The notes beneath the pieces were generated by a model that did no database searches, was not told the origin of the DNA, and saw only the letters and a program-made list of their open reading frames with translations. Positions 36,301-45,987 of a stretch of DNA of 64,000 nucleotides are shown here, piece by piece. Position 1 is the stretch's first letter, and the number at the start of each line of letters is the position of its first letter. The position numbers were made by a program, and so were the translations under genes. Source of the stretch: Macrostomum hystrix (lineage: Eukaryota > Animalia > Platyhelminthes); contig CATNEN010000028.1 of NCBI GenBank assembly GCA_950097015.1, forward strand, positions 186,001-250,000, given 5' to 3'.

Positions 36301-37853
36301 AGCAACAACAACAACAACTGGGCCACAACTTCAAGTCCACTTCCTTCTTAATTCTCATACTATTTTTTTGAAGATCGGTCTCTCGGTGGGTGACATCGAG
36401 TCGGTGCAAAGGGACGCCATTCTGCAGCACATCCGGCTGCAGGTCGAGTGGCTCACCGAGCTCGAGTCTCGACTACCCCGGACACTGCTGGGCCGCTTTG
36501 ATGCAATGCAATGGACAGTTAAAAAAGGCAGCAACGCCAGCAAAGCAGATGACACAGAGGGTTGGTGCAACACCATTATCAATGTGAGGCGTAGCCAGAA
36601 GTGCATTTCAATGAAAATATGCACATTAAACTCTGCTAAACCGAAAGGCATAAATATTTCAGAGGGCCAAGCGAGCAGTTATCAAGGGTATCGAAATTTT
36701 CGGAGTAGGAAATAATTCTCAGCACGCGCAGAGCAAAGAACCGATAAAGGAGGGCAAGCACAATGCTCTGGACACGGACCGCCTTCAGCTGCATCGGATG
36801 CTGCGTCAGCACCACCAGCAGATCAAGCAACAACGAAGGAAGCGCCTGGGACAACGCGGTCGTGTGAAGTCTGACGATGGTATTGGCGTCCATTGTGAAG
36901 CTGAGGATACTCAACGAGAATTATTCGACCTAAAACATAGGTTAGTTGAAATTTCTCACGAGGAGCATGCTGGGGGTTGGTCCCCGATTGCCTGAGACCC
37001 ATTTGGAATGAGGCAACCAAATAAGGGAATCAGGTGATTTGCCGTTGATCAAAATGGCTTTTCTTGACTATTTTGTGCGCTTGTACGAGTATATAGGTTG
37101 AATTTACACAAGGCAGTTGTGAACTAACGAGGAGAGGACACGGGCTGTCAGGCTCCAGACCAAGGGCAGAGCAAACGCTCACCAGCCAATCACACCCGTA
37201 AGCCTCACCCTGGCAGCCCGGGCCAGCCAATCGTGACCCTCGCACGTGACTAAGAGAGAGGGAGAGAAACGATTGAAAAACTTTTTGCTTCGAATCTCAC
37301 TTTTTCCAGCAGTTTTTTTCTCCTGGATATCATTTGAATTAATTTATTCATTGCTTTGCGAATCAATATTTCTCGTCGATTATATTTCTCGTTTCTAGAC
37401 TTCGGAGATTGGAGGCTCAGGGCGTGTCTCAGATGAATTTTTTGAAGCTGATTCTAGCCAAATTGGATATTCCAATTTCATCTAGAGAGTTGGACCACGA
37501 AAGCGGCGAGGTAAAGTAACTCAGAGTCAATTCTTAGCTTTTTGTCTAGATTTTTTTCCTCTTTCGTTAATAACTTTAAACGTAACTGAAACTTTGCTTA
37601 CTTTTGAGAAACTTCAAATATTTAAAACTGTGGTCTGTGATCGGTAGGACGTCTCTTAAGGCTTGAAATTTTCCGATGAAAAACTTCAAAGTAGAATTTG
37701 ATTTTACTTGATTTTGATTTACTAGTTTCATGATTTTGTAACAGTCATCATGATCCCGAACTGGCGTGGGATGTTTTATATCGCCTCTACTCGTTTATTC
37801 CACAGAAAACTGAGGACGAAGAACATTTCAGTCCTGATGAGCTAACTGATTAA
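12353..37853 (+). CDS. TRPA1: TRPA1-like ankyrin-repeat cation channel with an in-frame TGA at 17262-17264 (possible pseudogene, null allele or sequence error). Exons: 12353-12472, 12887-13046, 13789-14069, 14244-14714, 15183-15380, 15837-16156, 16249-16363, 17097-17345, 17988-18026, 18094-18192, 18331-18401, 32468-32609, 34141-34257, 34334-34503, 34565-34724, 35514-35840, about 36374-36560, about 36723-36940, 37399-37510, 37806-37853
   Basis: Many ankyrin repeats (TPLH, PIHLA). Pre-S1 LLTHPLCEAYLAMKW, S1-S6, pore MMIGEIDY, post-S6 IGLSVGDIESVQRDA...QVE, and a C-terminal coiled coil, all collinear with TRPA1. Phases are consistent wherever boundaries were resolved. Confidence 0.9.
12520..12850 (+). 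mobile_element. tRNA-derived SINE, family A, in TRPA1 intron 1
   Basis: Head GGGGTGAGTGGCAGAGCGG (A box) and GAGCTCGATTCC (B-box-like), conserved body, (TTA)n tail. At least 7 copies in the window. Confidence 0.8.
13060..13775. repeat. 23-bp minisatellite (GGCAGAGCATTCACAGACACACT)n, about 31 copies, TRPA1 intron 2
   Basis: Read directly; the 23-aa periodicity of the overlying ORFs corresponds to 3 units. Confidence 0.97.
14761..15125 (+). mobile_element. SINE family A copy
   Basis: Collinear with 12520-12850. Confidence 0.8.
15424..15490 (+). mobile_element. tRNA-like SINE head fragment
   Basis: GCGGTTGTAGCCTGGTGGTTA...GGTGGTTCGATT carries A and B boxes but no complete cloverleaf. Confidence 0.45.
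16499..17080. mobile_element. Palindromic MITE (termini CAG(G/T)AGAAAGAC, often flanked by TTAA)
   Basis: The ends AACAGGAGAAAGACCA and TAGTCTTTCTACTGTT are inverted. Internal inverted segment GCATCGTCGAGATATTCAACGATTCTTG / CAAGAATCGTTGAATAACTCGACGATGC. Other copies at about 2.1, 34.0, 55.6 and 57.0 kb. Confidence 0.8.
17346..17950. repeat. 14-bp minisatellite (CCAGTGTGAGTGAG)n, about 43 copies, starting at a TRPA1 splice donor
   Basis: Read directly. Confidence 0.97.
18420..18484. repeat. (GTCA)n microsatellite
   Basis: Read directly. Confidence 0.97.
19236..19514 (-). CDS. Secreted cationic prepropeptide 1 (putative antimicrobial peptide precursor, 92 aa)
   Basis: MRWQFALGLLLCAALAA signal peptide; acidic pro-piece; KK; WLRLRRIRIRLRRVYRIARRVYRIYRHISCS; GKR. 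Paralogous to four nearby ORFs. The ATG is chosen by homology. Confidence 0.85.
   Translation of the reverse strand: MRWQFALGLLLCAALAAARPSQEMPEEEDADSMAALEDLAELDEPDMTEEKAAELEKKWLRLRRIRIRLRRVYRIARRVYRIYRHISCSGKR
19600..19645 (-). promoter_or_regulatory. Putative core promoter of prepropeptide 1 (GGAGAACGTG ... CATAAATA)
   Basis: Variant of the GGAAAAACGTG...TATAAA arrangement found upstream of paralogues 2-4. Confidence 0.5.
20975..21140 (+). mobile_element. SINE family B, 3' part
   Basis: TTGCTTCATTTCACCCATCTGTTAAATGGGTACCAGC...CAGTCCATGGACTG is shared with 31085-31255. Confidence 0.65.
21187..21384. mobile_element. Tc1/mariner-type MITE, about 198 bp, TA flanks
   Basis: TA|CGAGGGGTGTCCAAAAAGTCTTAGGAC ... 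GTCCTAAGACTCTTTGGACACCCCTGG|TA: terminal inverted repeats of about 27 bp. Confidence 0.85.
21749..21780 (+). promoter_or_regulatory. Putative core promoter of prepropeptide 2 (CCGGAAAAACGTGC ... TGTATAAA)
   Basis: The same motif and spacing occur upstream of paralogues 3 and 4. Confidence 0.6.
21869..22132 (+). CDS. Secreted cationic prepropeptide 2 (putative AMP precursor, 87 aa)
   Basis: Same signal and pro-piece; KK; WLRVRIRWRRVWRIARRVYRIYRSLPIP; GK. Confidence 0.87.
   Translation: MRWQFALGLLLCAALAAARPSQEMSEEDADSLAALEALADLDESDMTEEKAAELQKKWLRVRIRWRRVWRIARRVYRIYRSLPIPGK
22436..22832 (-). mobile_element. SINE family A copy
   Basis: Reverse complement of 12520-12850, including the head and (TTA)n tail. 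Confidence 0.8.
23095..23235 (-). mobile_element. SINE family A, internal fragment
   Basis: Contains the family hairpin region and the AAATTGCGCGGCAAGCC...GCCTTCTCTCCGCG body. Confidence 0.65.
23693..23956 (-). CDS. Secreted cationic prepropeptide 3 (putative AMP precursor, 87 aa)
   Basis: MKWQFALGLLLCAALAVA signal; acidic pro-piece; KK; FRIRLRRIRIRKLLRAAKTAYRIYKHVA; GK. Confidence 0.87.
   Translation of the reverse strand: MKWQFALGLLLCAALAVARPSQELSEEEAESLAALEALADLDESGMSEEKAAEVEKKFRIRLRRIRIRKLLRAAKTAYRIYKHVAGK
24048..24085 (-). promoter_or_regulatory. Putative core promoter of prepropeptide 3
   Basis: Reverse strand reads TGACCGGAAAAACGTGCCGCTTTCGAGTGTATAAA. Confidence 0.6.
24950..25360 (-). 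pseudogene. Degenerate non-LTR retrotransposon APE endonuclease fragment
   Basis: ILQWNC, KVATIQE, FYAPP and GEVNAYHPAW (compare GDFNAHHP.W) appear in order, with frame disruptions. Confidence 0.65.
25550..25625 (-). pseudogene. Ty3/gypsy RNase H fragment
   Basis: QRRFSEIEKKALAIAFAVKRFHQYL matches the YSQIEKEALAIVFAVKKFHQYL motif. Confidence 0.7.
28908..28945 (+). promoter_or_regulatory. Putative core promoter of prepropeptide 4
   Basis: TGACCGGAAAAACGTGCAAACTTGGAATGTATAAA. Confidence 0.6.
29037..29309 (+). CDS. Secreted cationic prepropeptide 4 (putative AMP precursor, 90 aa)
   Basis: Signal and pro-piece nearly identical to copy 3; KK; FRIRLRRIRIRWRHVLRVANTAFRIIRKLPI; GK. Confidence 0.87.
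   Translation: MKWQFGLGLLLCAALAVARPSQELSEEDAESLAALEALADLDESGMSEEKAAEVEKKFRIRLRRIRIRWRHVLRVANTAFRIIRKLPIGK
30123..30915 (-). mobile_element. Crypton-type tyrosine recombinase (DUF3504) remnant, frameshifted near 30710 and 5'-truncated by a SINE
   Basis: LWQSGVLGQATPKQLVFTVIFYVAKNFALRGGSELH / KTNNRGLK / RCLVCLYK..RP / GKWFQNAPLGRHTL / FTNQSLRKT / ITSH / ERY: the full catalytic motif order. Confidence 0.85.
30938..31085 (+). mobile_element. SINE family A, 5' half
   Basis: Head with a clean B box (AAGTTCGATTCC). It abuts an oppositely oriented SINE-B. Confidence 0.75.
31085..31256 (-). mobile_element. tRNA-derived SINE family B
   Basis: Reverse strand: GGGCTTGTAGCATAGTG...GGGGTTCGATTCCCG...GCAAGACACTTAAGCCTGCATTGCTTCAGTTCACCCAGCTGTTAAATGGGTACC, resembling the conserved central domains of CORE/Nin-type SINEs. 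Confidence 0.7.
31758..32012 (+). CDS. Secreted cationic prepropeptide 5 (putative AMP precursor, 84 aa; most divergent)
   Basis: Same signal and pro-piece; KK; WRQHKVRLRLRRLMSLAASLYWARVK; terminal G. TATAAAA at about 31641. Confidence 0.83.
   Translation: MRWQLALGLLLCAALAAARPSQEMSEEDAESLQALEALSDLDESDVAVEKAAELEKKWRQHKVRLRLRRLMSLAASLYWARVKG
32622..33985. repeat. 25-bp satellite (GGGGAAAGA(C/G)CA(C/T)GCTATGTTCCCT)n, about 54 copies, in a TRPA1 intron
   Basis: Read directly; it is followed by a MITE right end at 33990-34040. Confidence 0.97.
36020..36290 (+). mobile_element. SINE family A copy (5'-truncated)
   Basis: CCAAGGTCCCTGAGCTC...GGCCACATTCATTT...GTGTACACTGCCTGACGAT is collinear with the family. 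Confidence 0.7.
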
Positions 37854-39638
37854 TTAGGCTAAAAAAATCCGGACAGTCTAAAAGCAACTTTTTACTTTAT
37901 TTTTAATCCAACTCTGAGCGACAAGGATCGTGTTCCAGCTGCATAATTGTAACGTTGCGCAAAAATATTTTTGACAGTACACATTATATAAGTACTATCT
38001 AACTTTGTATTGGATATTAATCATCGCTGTCAAATCAATATTGTCATATATGCGATTCGTAAAATCATTAAAAAATATTTACTAAAAATCGTGTTGCATC
38101 CTACTATCTTATCAGCTCTTCTTTCAAACTGATATTGATATATTAAATGCTAAGTGCGTCTTATTACATTGCCATACTACAGTGTGGTCCTTGAGTATAT
38201 TTACACATAGACTACACTTATAATTCCTAAGTGTATGCACCAGCGCCTCAAAAATATAAAACCATGTCAACAAAGACGATGAAAGATTCGATACTTTCTA
38301 CTTACATCGCTTCCGGTTCAGGTAGATATCAGTTTCAAGTCTAATAAGCGCAATGTTTTAAATTAAAGGCAAAGATATAAAATCAGGTGTTCGCTTCATA
38401 AAAACTGATATATAGAAGGAGATAAGAAGAAGTCATGAGAATTTTCTCAACGACAGTTTTCCTTTTTCGTGCAATCGGTTTAAACGCAAAATATGCAAGA
38501 ACACATTTAAATGTTAATTTTTCCTAGAAAATATGACGTCTGGTATAATTTATAGCTACCATTTATATGGCATCGATAAGCTTTGCGACTGCCGTGCTCG
38601 ATTATATGTCGGCAAATCGTTTCGCATGCATGCATGGAGTAGTAAAAATGGTTTCTGTCTTTTAAACAAGCTTTAAATCTACCCTTTTAATTAGTTGGCA
38701 CAGTTGGTTATTAGTAAACTAACTCTTGAAAAAGCGAGCTAATTTGAGCTATAAGAGACCTCAAAAACAAAGTAGGCCTAATGTCTATATGGCCTATGGG
38801 TTATGGATTTTTGGTATCCGTAGCCATATAAGGTTACTTATTTTTCAGCTAAAGCTTTTTGAATCAATGCCAGTCCATTCAGTGTGAAATTTAGTATAGA
38901 AAATAGAGCTCTGCACTATCTTTAAAACTGAATTCAATATTTACAAAGCTTCCATTCGATTATGTTTCTATTACTATGTGTCTGAGCATCTAAAATGCAA
39001 ATTCCTGAAGCCAAAGCATATGAATGTGTGAATGTTGTGCAAAAGGCTACTACTGTTTGAATTTATTTTGGCCAAATTGACTAGTAGTCTTGCTTGATAA
39101 TTAGTTAGCTATTAAAGAATGGCAATAAAAGTCAGTAGAGTTATTAAGCTTAACATGCTTTTCTTTTTAGTTTGAAATTTTTAAAGTGATATTATTGCTT
39201 CAATCACTATTGTTTAATTTTCTATTTTTAGGGATAGGATCTCATTTTTTTAATAAAAGTTTTCACCATCCAAATAGTAAAATCAAATGACAAAGTGCTC
39301 TCTATCAAAAAAACTATTTAGCTAGATAGTTTTTGTTTAAATGCATAACACAATCAGTAGTTTTTTTTCTTAGAAAATGATTACTTTTTAGCAAGTTTCA
39401 GAATAATTTTCAAATGAACTAATATAAGCTAATATATAATATAAATAAATAAAAATGTATAATAAGGTTCTATTTACTAGCCTTATAACTTTCTGATGCT
39501 CTGTAATTGTTATGCTTTTCATAAAAAATATTTGCTTCAGCAAAAAGCATTAAAGCATTGTTGCTCAGTGCTACAGACTATTGCAAGACTTTAATTTGGT
39601 CCAGTAATCTAATAAGCTGCATTACTGAGTCAGCTGGC

Positions 39639-41230
39639 ATGGGCTGTCAAAATCGCAGTGCTGCTGAAGTGAATTTCACCAGACTGGCCCGCCGCATGGA
39701 GGAGATGGTGCGAGATCGGGCAGTTGCTGGTTGGCGATTTGGGCGCTACTTGCAGGTGAAAAAGTGGAGGAAGCCATTAATTATGTTATAGTTCAAAGAA
39801 TGTCAGTCATTTGAAAGAAATTCAAACGTTTACGTTTAACTCAACCTCTCCCTGAGGATTCATTCAAGCTCAACTCAGCCTCTCCCTGGGGATTTCATTC
39901 AGGCTCAGCTCAGCCTCTCCCTACGGATTCATTCAGGCTCAGCTCAGCCTCTCCCTGAGGATACATTCAGGCTCAGCTCAGCCTCTCCCTGGGGATTCAT
40001 TCAGCCTCAGTTCAGCCTCTTTCTCGCGTCACAACCAGGCTCTTCGCGGACGCCTAGGCGACCTGAAGCGTCTTGACGGTCCACTAAGACCCGAGGAGGC
40101 TAGACTAAAGTATTACGAAGAGCGCCTAACGATGCTGCAGTCAGTATTAGACGCTGAGCAGCGGGCAGCCAGCCTTCAGGAAAAAACAGACCTGCTGGCT
40201 TCCGTGCCAGCGCCCGTAGCCGCAGCCGCCGCCGCCACGACGTCTTCTTCATCGACGGTCGCTGGCGCGGAGGCCGGATCTAACGCAATCGGCGGTGCTT
40301 CTTTGTCAGCCGGGATGGACGAGGCGACGGTGCGAGACGTGCTGTTCTCTAGGGACGTGCTGGCCTTAAGTAAGGCGCACCTGCAGGTGAGGACAAAACT
40401 CGAAATCGTGTGTTTTTAGTTACGTTTGTTTTCATTGTTTTTAGTCACGTGATTATAGTGACTCCGCTATTTGTATCTGGTCACGTGATTGTTGTGCTCT
40501 TTGGTCACGTGATTATTCTGCTTTTGATCACGTGATCATGGGTTTTTAGCCACGTGATTATTATGCTTTTGGTTATGTGTTTATGGGGCTCTTAACTGTT
40601 CATTGGATAAACGAGTTTTAGTCACTGATTTCGGAGAATTAATTTGGCTTTAGTCACTCTCTAGCTGTTTACGATAAATGTTTTTTCTTAGAATGTCATT
40701 TGCTCGACACGTGTGCATTAATATTCGCATTGGCTTGGAAGAAGGCAATGTTGCGGGAAATCAAAATACTTCTCTCACGCATCGCATAACCTTATCTTGA
40801 AAATCTCCCGGACGTCCAACCGCAGAACGAAGCCAGGCGTGAGCTGCTCAGCTTCAGCCATCACGAGAACAAGCCGAAGCAGCTGGAGGGCCAGGCGGCC
40901 GCCGCCCCCGCAGCCGCAGAAGATGAGCGCGCGCTTCAGGACAGCGTCACCGAGAACATGCTGGAGCTGGCCAGGGCTCTGAAACAGTCGGCCAGATTGT
41001 CCGGCGACACTGTTCGGTCCGACCTGGACAAGATTCGCCAGCTGTCCGACCTGTCCGATGTGAATTACGGCCGGCTGAAGGCCGAGTCCGGCAGGCTAGA
41101 CCAACAGCTGGCCAGGCAGTGCAACTGGCTGCTCTGGTTCATGGTGGCACTGGTGGCTGTCACCTTTGTCGGCATGGTGATGTTTATGCGCCTGTTTTCT
41201 AAGAAATTTCATCCGGCCAGCACTTCGTGA
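39639..41230 (+). CDS. USE1: Vesicle transport SNARE USE1; exons 39639-39755, 40039-40386, 40826-41230
   Basis: EVNFTRLARRMEEM...WRFGRYL N-terminus, ARRELL, SNARE helix QDSVTENMLELARALKQSA...D...L..L..E..RL, and a C-terminal TM anchor ending F.RLF.KK. Confidence 0.85.
39840..40020. repeat. About 34-bp tandem repeat in USE1 intron 1
   Basis: CTCAGCTCAGCCTCTCCCT(G/A)(G/A)GGATTCATTCAGG, about 5 copies. Confidence 0.85.
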
Positions 41231-41529
41231 CACAAAATCCCTACCCATTCAAAAGCCCCACTAAATACGAGTACTAACTGATTAATAATTGAGATGGTTT
41301 GCGCTTAGTTAAAGTAGGTTGTTGAGAAAAATACGTCCGAAAATTATTATACTTACTAAATTTTCTTCCTGTAAAATTCTTGCTTATCTACATTTTAGCT
41401 TATCATGGTATTTGGTTAGGTTGTAAAAAATTAAATCAATAAAATATAATCTGCTAATTACCGACTCGCTTTCAGTTTCCTAATGTATTGTTGCAACTGG
41501 TGACTCTGAAACCAATCAGGATATGCAGT

Positions 41530-44500
41530 GACATTTGCAGCTCCATCATTTGTGATCTAGATTCAGTTAATGGGATTTGTAGCTGTCCCATTTGTGATCT
41601 AGATTCAGTTAATGGGATTTGTAGCTGTCCCATTTGTGATCTAGATTCAGTTAATGGGATTTGTAGCTGTGCCATTTGTGATCTAGATTCAGTTAATGGG
41701 ATTTGTAGCTGTCCCATTTGTGATCTAGATTCAGTTAATGGGATTTGTAGCTGTCCCATTTGTGATCTAGATTCAGTTAATGGGATTTGTAGCTGTCCCA
41801 TTTGTGATCTAGATTCAGTTAATGGGATTTGTAGCTGTCCCATTTGTGATCTAGATTCAGTTAATGGGATTTGTAGCTGTCCCGTTTGTGATCTAGATTC
41901 AGTTAATGGGATTTGTAGCTGTCCCATTTGTGATCTAGATTCAGTTAATGGGATTTGTAGCTGTGCCATTTGTGATCTAGATTCAGTTAATGGGATTTGT
42001 AGCTGTCCCATTTGTGATCTAGATTCAGTTAATGGGATTTGTAGCTGTCCCATTTGTGATCTAGATTCAGTTAATGGGATTTGTAGCTGTCCCATTTGTG
42101 ATCTAGATTCAGTTAATGGGATTTGTAGCTGTCCCATTTGTGATCTAGATTCAGTTAATGGGATTTGTAGCTGTCCCGTTTGTGATCTAGATTCAGTTAA
42201 TGGGATTTGTAGCTGTGCCATTTGTGATCTACGTTCAGTTAATGGGATTTGTAGCTGTCCCATTTGTGATCTAGATTCAGTTAATGGGATTTGTAGCTGT
42301 CCTATTTGTGATCTAGATTCAGTCAATGGGATTTGTAGCTGTCCCATTTGTGATCTAGATTCAGTTAATGGGATTTGTAGCTGTCCCATTTGTGATCTAC
42401 GTTCAGTTAATGGGATTTGTAGCTGTCCCATTTGTGATCTAGATTCAGTTAATGGGATTTGTAGCTGTCCCGTTTGTGATCTAGATTCAGTTAATGGGAT
42501 TTGTAGCTGTCCCATTTGTGATCTAGATTCAGTTAATGGGATTTGTAGCTGTCCCATTTGTGATCTAGATTCAGTTAATGGGATTTGTAGCTGTCCCATT
42601 TGTGATCTAGATTCAGTTAATGGGATTTGTAGCTGTGCCATTTGTGATCTAGATTCAGTTAATGGGATTTGTAGCTGTCCCATTTGTGATCTACGTTCAG
42701 TTAATGGGATTTGTAGCTGTCCCATTTGTGATCTAGATTCAGTTAATGGGATTTGTAGCTGTCCCATTTGTGATCTAGATTCAGTTAATGGGATTTGTAG
42801 CTGTCCCATTTGTGATCTAGATTCAGTTAATGGGATTTGTAGCTGTCCCATTTGTGATCTAGATTCAGTTAATGGGATTTGTAGCTGTCCCATTTGTGAT
42901 CTAGATTCAGTTAATGGGATTTGTAGCTGTCCCATTTGTGATCTAGATTCAGTTAATGGGATTTGTAGCTGTCCCATTTGTGATCTAGATTCAGTTAATG
43001 GGATTTGTAGCTGTGCCATTTGTGATCTAGATTCAGTTAATGGGATTTGTAGCTGTCCCATTTGTGATCTACGTTCAGTTAATGGGATTTGTAGCTGTCC
43101 CATTTGTGATCTAGATTCAGTTAATGGGATTTGTAGCTGTCCCGTTTGTGATCTAGATTCAGTTAATGGGATTTGTAGCTGTCCCATTTGTGATCTAGAT
43201 TCAGTTAATGGGATTTGTAGCTGTCCCATTTGTGATCTAGATTCAGTTAATGGGATTTGTAGCTGTCCCATTTGTGATCTAGATTCAGTTAATGGGATTT
43301 GTAGCTGTCCCATTTGTGATCTAGATTCAGTTAATGGGATTTGTAGCTGTCCCATTTGTGATCTAGATTCAGTTAATGGGATTTGTAGCTGTCCCATTTG
43401 TGATCTAGATTCAGTTAATGGGATTTGTAGCTGTCCCATTTGTGATCTAGATTCAGTTAATGGGATTTGTAGCTGTGCCATTTGTGATCTAGATTCAGTT
43501 AATGGGATTTGTAGCTGTGCCATTTGTGATCTAGATTCAGTTAATAGGATTTGTAGCTGTCCCATTTGTGATCTAGATTCAGTTAATGGGATTTGTAGCT
43601 GTCCCATTTGTGATCTAGATTCAGTTAATGGGATTTGTAGCTGTCCCATTTGTGATCTAGATTCAGTTAATGGGATTTGTAGCTGTCCCATTTGTGATCT
43701 AGATTCAGTTAATGGGATTTGTAGCTGTGCCATTTGTGATCTAGATTCAGTTAATGGGATTTGTAGCTGTCCCATTTGTGATCTAGATTCAGTTAATGGG
43801 ATTTGTAGCTGTCCCATTTGTGATCTAGATTCAGTTAATGGGATTTGTAGCTGTGCCATTTGTGATCTAGATTCAGTTAATGGGATTTGTAGCTGTCCCA
43901 TTTGTGATCTACGATTCAGTTAATGGGATTTGTAGCTGTCCCATTTGTGATCTAGATTCAGTTAATGGGATTTGTAGCTGTCCCGTTTGTGATCTAGATT
44001 CAGTTAATGGGATTTGTAGCTGTCCCATTTGTGATCTAGATTCAGTTAATGGGATTTGTAGCTGTCCCATTTGTGATCTAGATTCAGTTAATGGGATTTG
44101 TAGCTGTCCCATTTGTGATCTAGATTCAGTTAATGGGATTTGTAGCTGTGCCATTTGTGATCTAGATTCAGTTAATGGGATTTGTAGCTGTCCCATTTGT
44201 GATCTACGTTCAGTTAATGGGATTTGTAGCTGTCCCATTTGTGATCTAGATTCAGTTAATGGGATTTGTAGCTGTCCCATTTGTGATCTAGATTCAGTTA
44301 ATGGGATTTGTAGCTGTCCCATTTGTGATCTAGATTCAGTTAATGGGATTTGTAGCTGTCCCATTTGTGATCTAGATTCAGTTAATGGGATTTGTAGCTG
44401 TCCCATTTGTGATCTAGATTCAGTTAATGGGATTTGTAGCTGTCCCATTTGTGATCTAGATTCAGTTAATGGGATTTGTAGCTGTCCCATTTGTGATCTA

Positions 44501-45185
44501 GATTCAGTTAATGGGATTTGTAGCTGTGCCATTTGTGATCTAGATTCAGTTAATGGGATTTGTAGCTGTCCCATTTGTGATCTACGTTCAGTTAATGGGA
44601 TTTGTAGCTGTCCCATTTGTGATCTAGATTCAGTTAATGGGATTTGTAGCTGTCCCGTTTGTGATCTAGATTCAGTTAATGGGATTTGTAGCTGTCCCAT
44701 TTGTGATCTAGATTCAGTTAATGGGATTTGTAGCTGTCCCATTTGTGATCTAGATTCAGTTAATGGGATTTGTAGCTGTCCCATTTGTGATCTAGATTCA
44801 GTTAATGGGATTTGTAGCTGTGCCATTTGTGATCTAGATTCAGTTAATGGGATTTGTAGCTGTCCCATTTGTGATCTACGTTCAGTTAATGGGATTTGTA
44901 GCTGTCCCATTTGTGATCTAGATTCAGTTAATGGGATTTGTAGCTGTCCCGTTTGTGATCTAGATTCAGTTAATGGGATTTGTAGCTGTCCCATTTGTGA
45001 TCTAGATTCAGTTAATGGGATTTGTAGCTGTCCCATTTGTGATCTAGATTCAGTTAATGGGATTTGTAGCTGTCCCATTTGTGATCTAGATTCAGTTAAT
45101 GGGATTTGTAGCTGTCCCGTTTGTGATCTAGATTCAGTTAATGGGATTTGTAGCTGTCCCATTTGTGATCTAGATTCAGTTACTG
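41530..45185. repeat. 42-bp satellite (GTCCCATTTGTGATCTAGATTCAGTTAATGGGATTTGTAGCT)n, about 87 copies
   Basis: Read directly. Highly homogeneous, with a few recurring variant units and a 1-bp insertion near 43910. Confidence 0.98.
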
Positions 45186-45987
45186 TGATTCGCCGATGTC
45201 CAAACTCGAATTGCCCAATGATTAGCTTTCCTAGTTACTAGTTATCTGTATTATCGTTACCTGTGGAGGCTGAGACGCATCTAAATGGATTACAGAAATT
45301 TTAGCCTTGGCTAAGAAATGTTATAAATGTCTTGTCTGCATGCATGAATATGCTGCTATCTCACTTGCAGATTAGCAAATACTCGTTAGACAGATGTGTA
45401 AACAGCACAGTCCTGAAAACCTATACTTGGCGGTGTCCCCACAGGGCAGGCCTTCACAACCTTGTAGGAGTACAGCAAGATGTAGCGTGTGCGCTGATAT
45501 TAATAGCATTGCAGATTTACATTACTACTTCCGGCTAAAAATTTTGATAAGCAGGGGCACGCAGAGCAAAGTGTATTTATCGGTAATATGGTTTTAGTAA
45601 CGGTATTAGAAAATAGATCAATTGTGCTATAACTGTCTATATAGTTAACATCATTGCACTATTTATGTACGACAGTGATTCTTAAGTAGATGCCAAAGGG
45701 ATATAATAGTTGCTGTCCGTGTAGCTATAGGTATCTATCATTTACTTTACTTAATAGAGTGGCTATAAACTATAACTAACACGAAATTAATGCTTAGCTA
45801 TCGTCAGTGAAATGTTTAACTTGCAATTGTAAACAAGGAGCATTATCTGATTAAAAAGAACACTATAAAATATTGATAGTCACATAATAAATTTGTGATC
45901 ACACTTATTTCCTAAGCATAGGAAGGATAAACTCATAAAATAGGAAGTCAAATGTTTGTCTGCAGTCATGCCGATCACTGGGTTACT

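Noticed and set aside
41530-45185. CRISPR-like appearance of the regular repeats (also 32622-33985 and 49317-49590)
   Set aside because: Head-to-tail units with no unique spacers, no cas genes, and a eukaryotic context.
41488-45241. 811-aa and 453-aa Cys-rich (CPICDLDSVNGICS)n ORFs resembling a metallothionein or zinc-finger polymer, and the antisense (MGQLQIPLTESRSQ)n ORFs
   Set aside because: A by-product of a 42-bp stop-free unit. It is open on both strands, has no silent-site variation pattern, contains a 1-bp frameshift mid-array, and has no credible start context.
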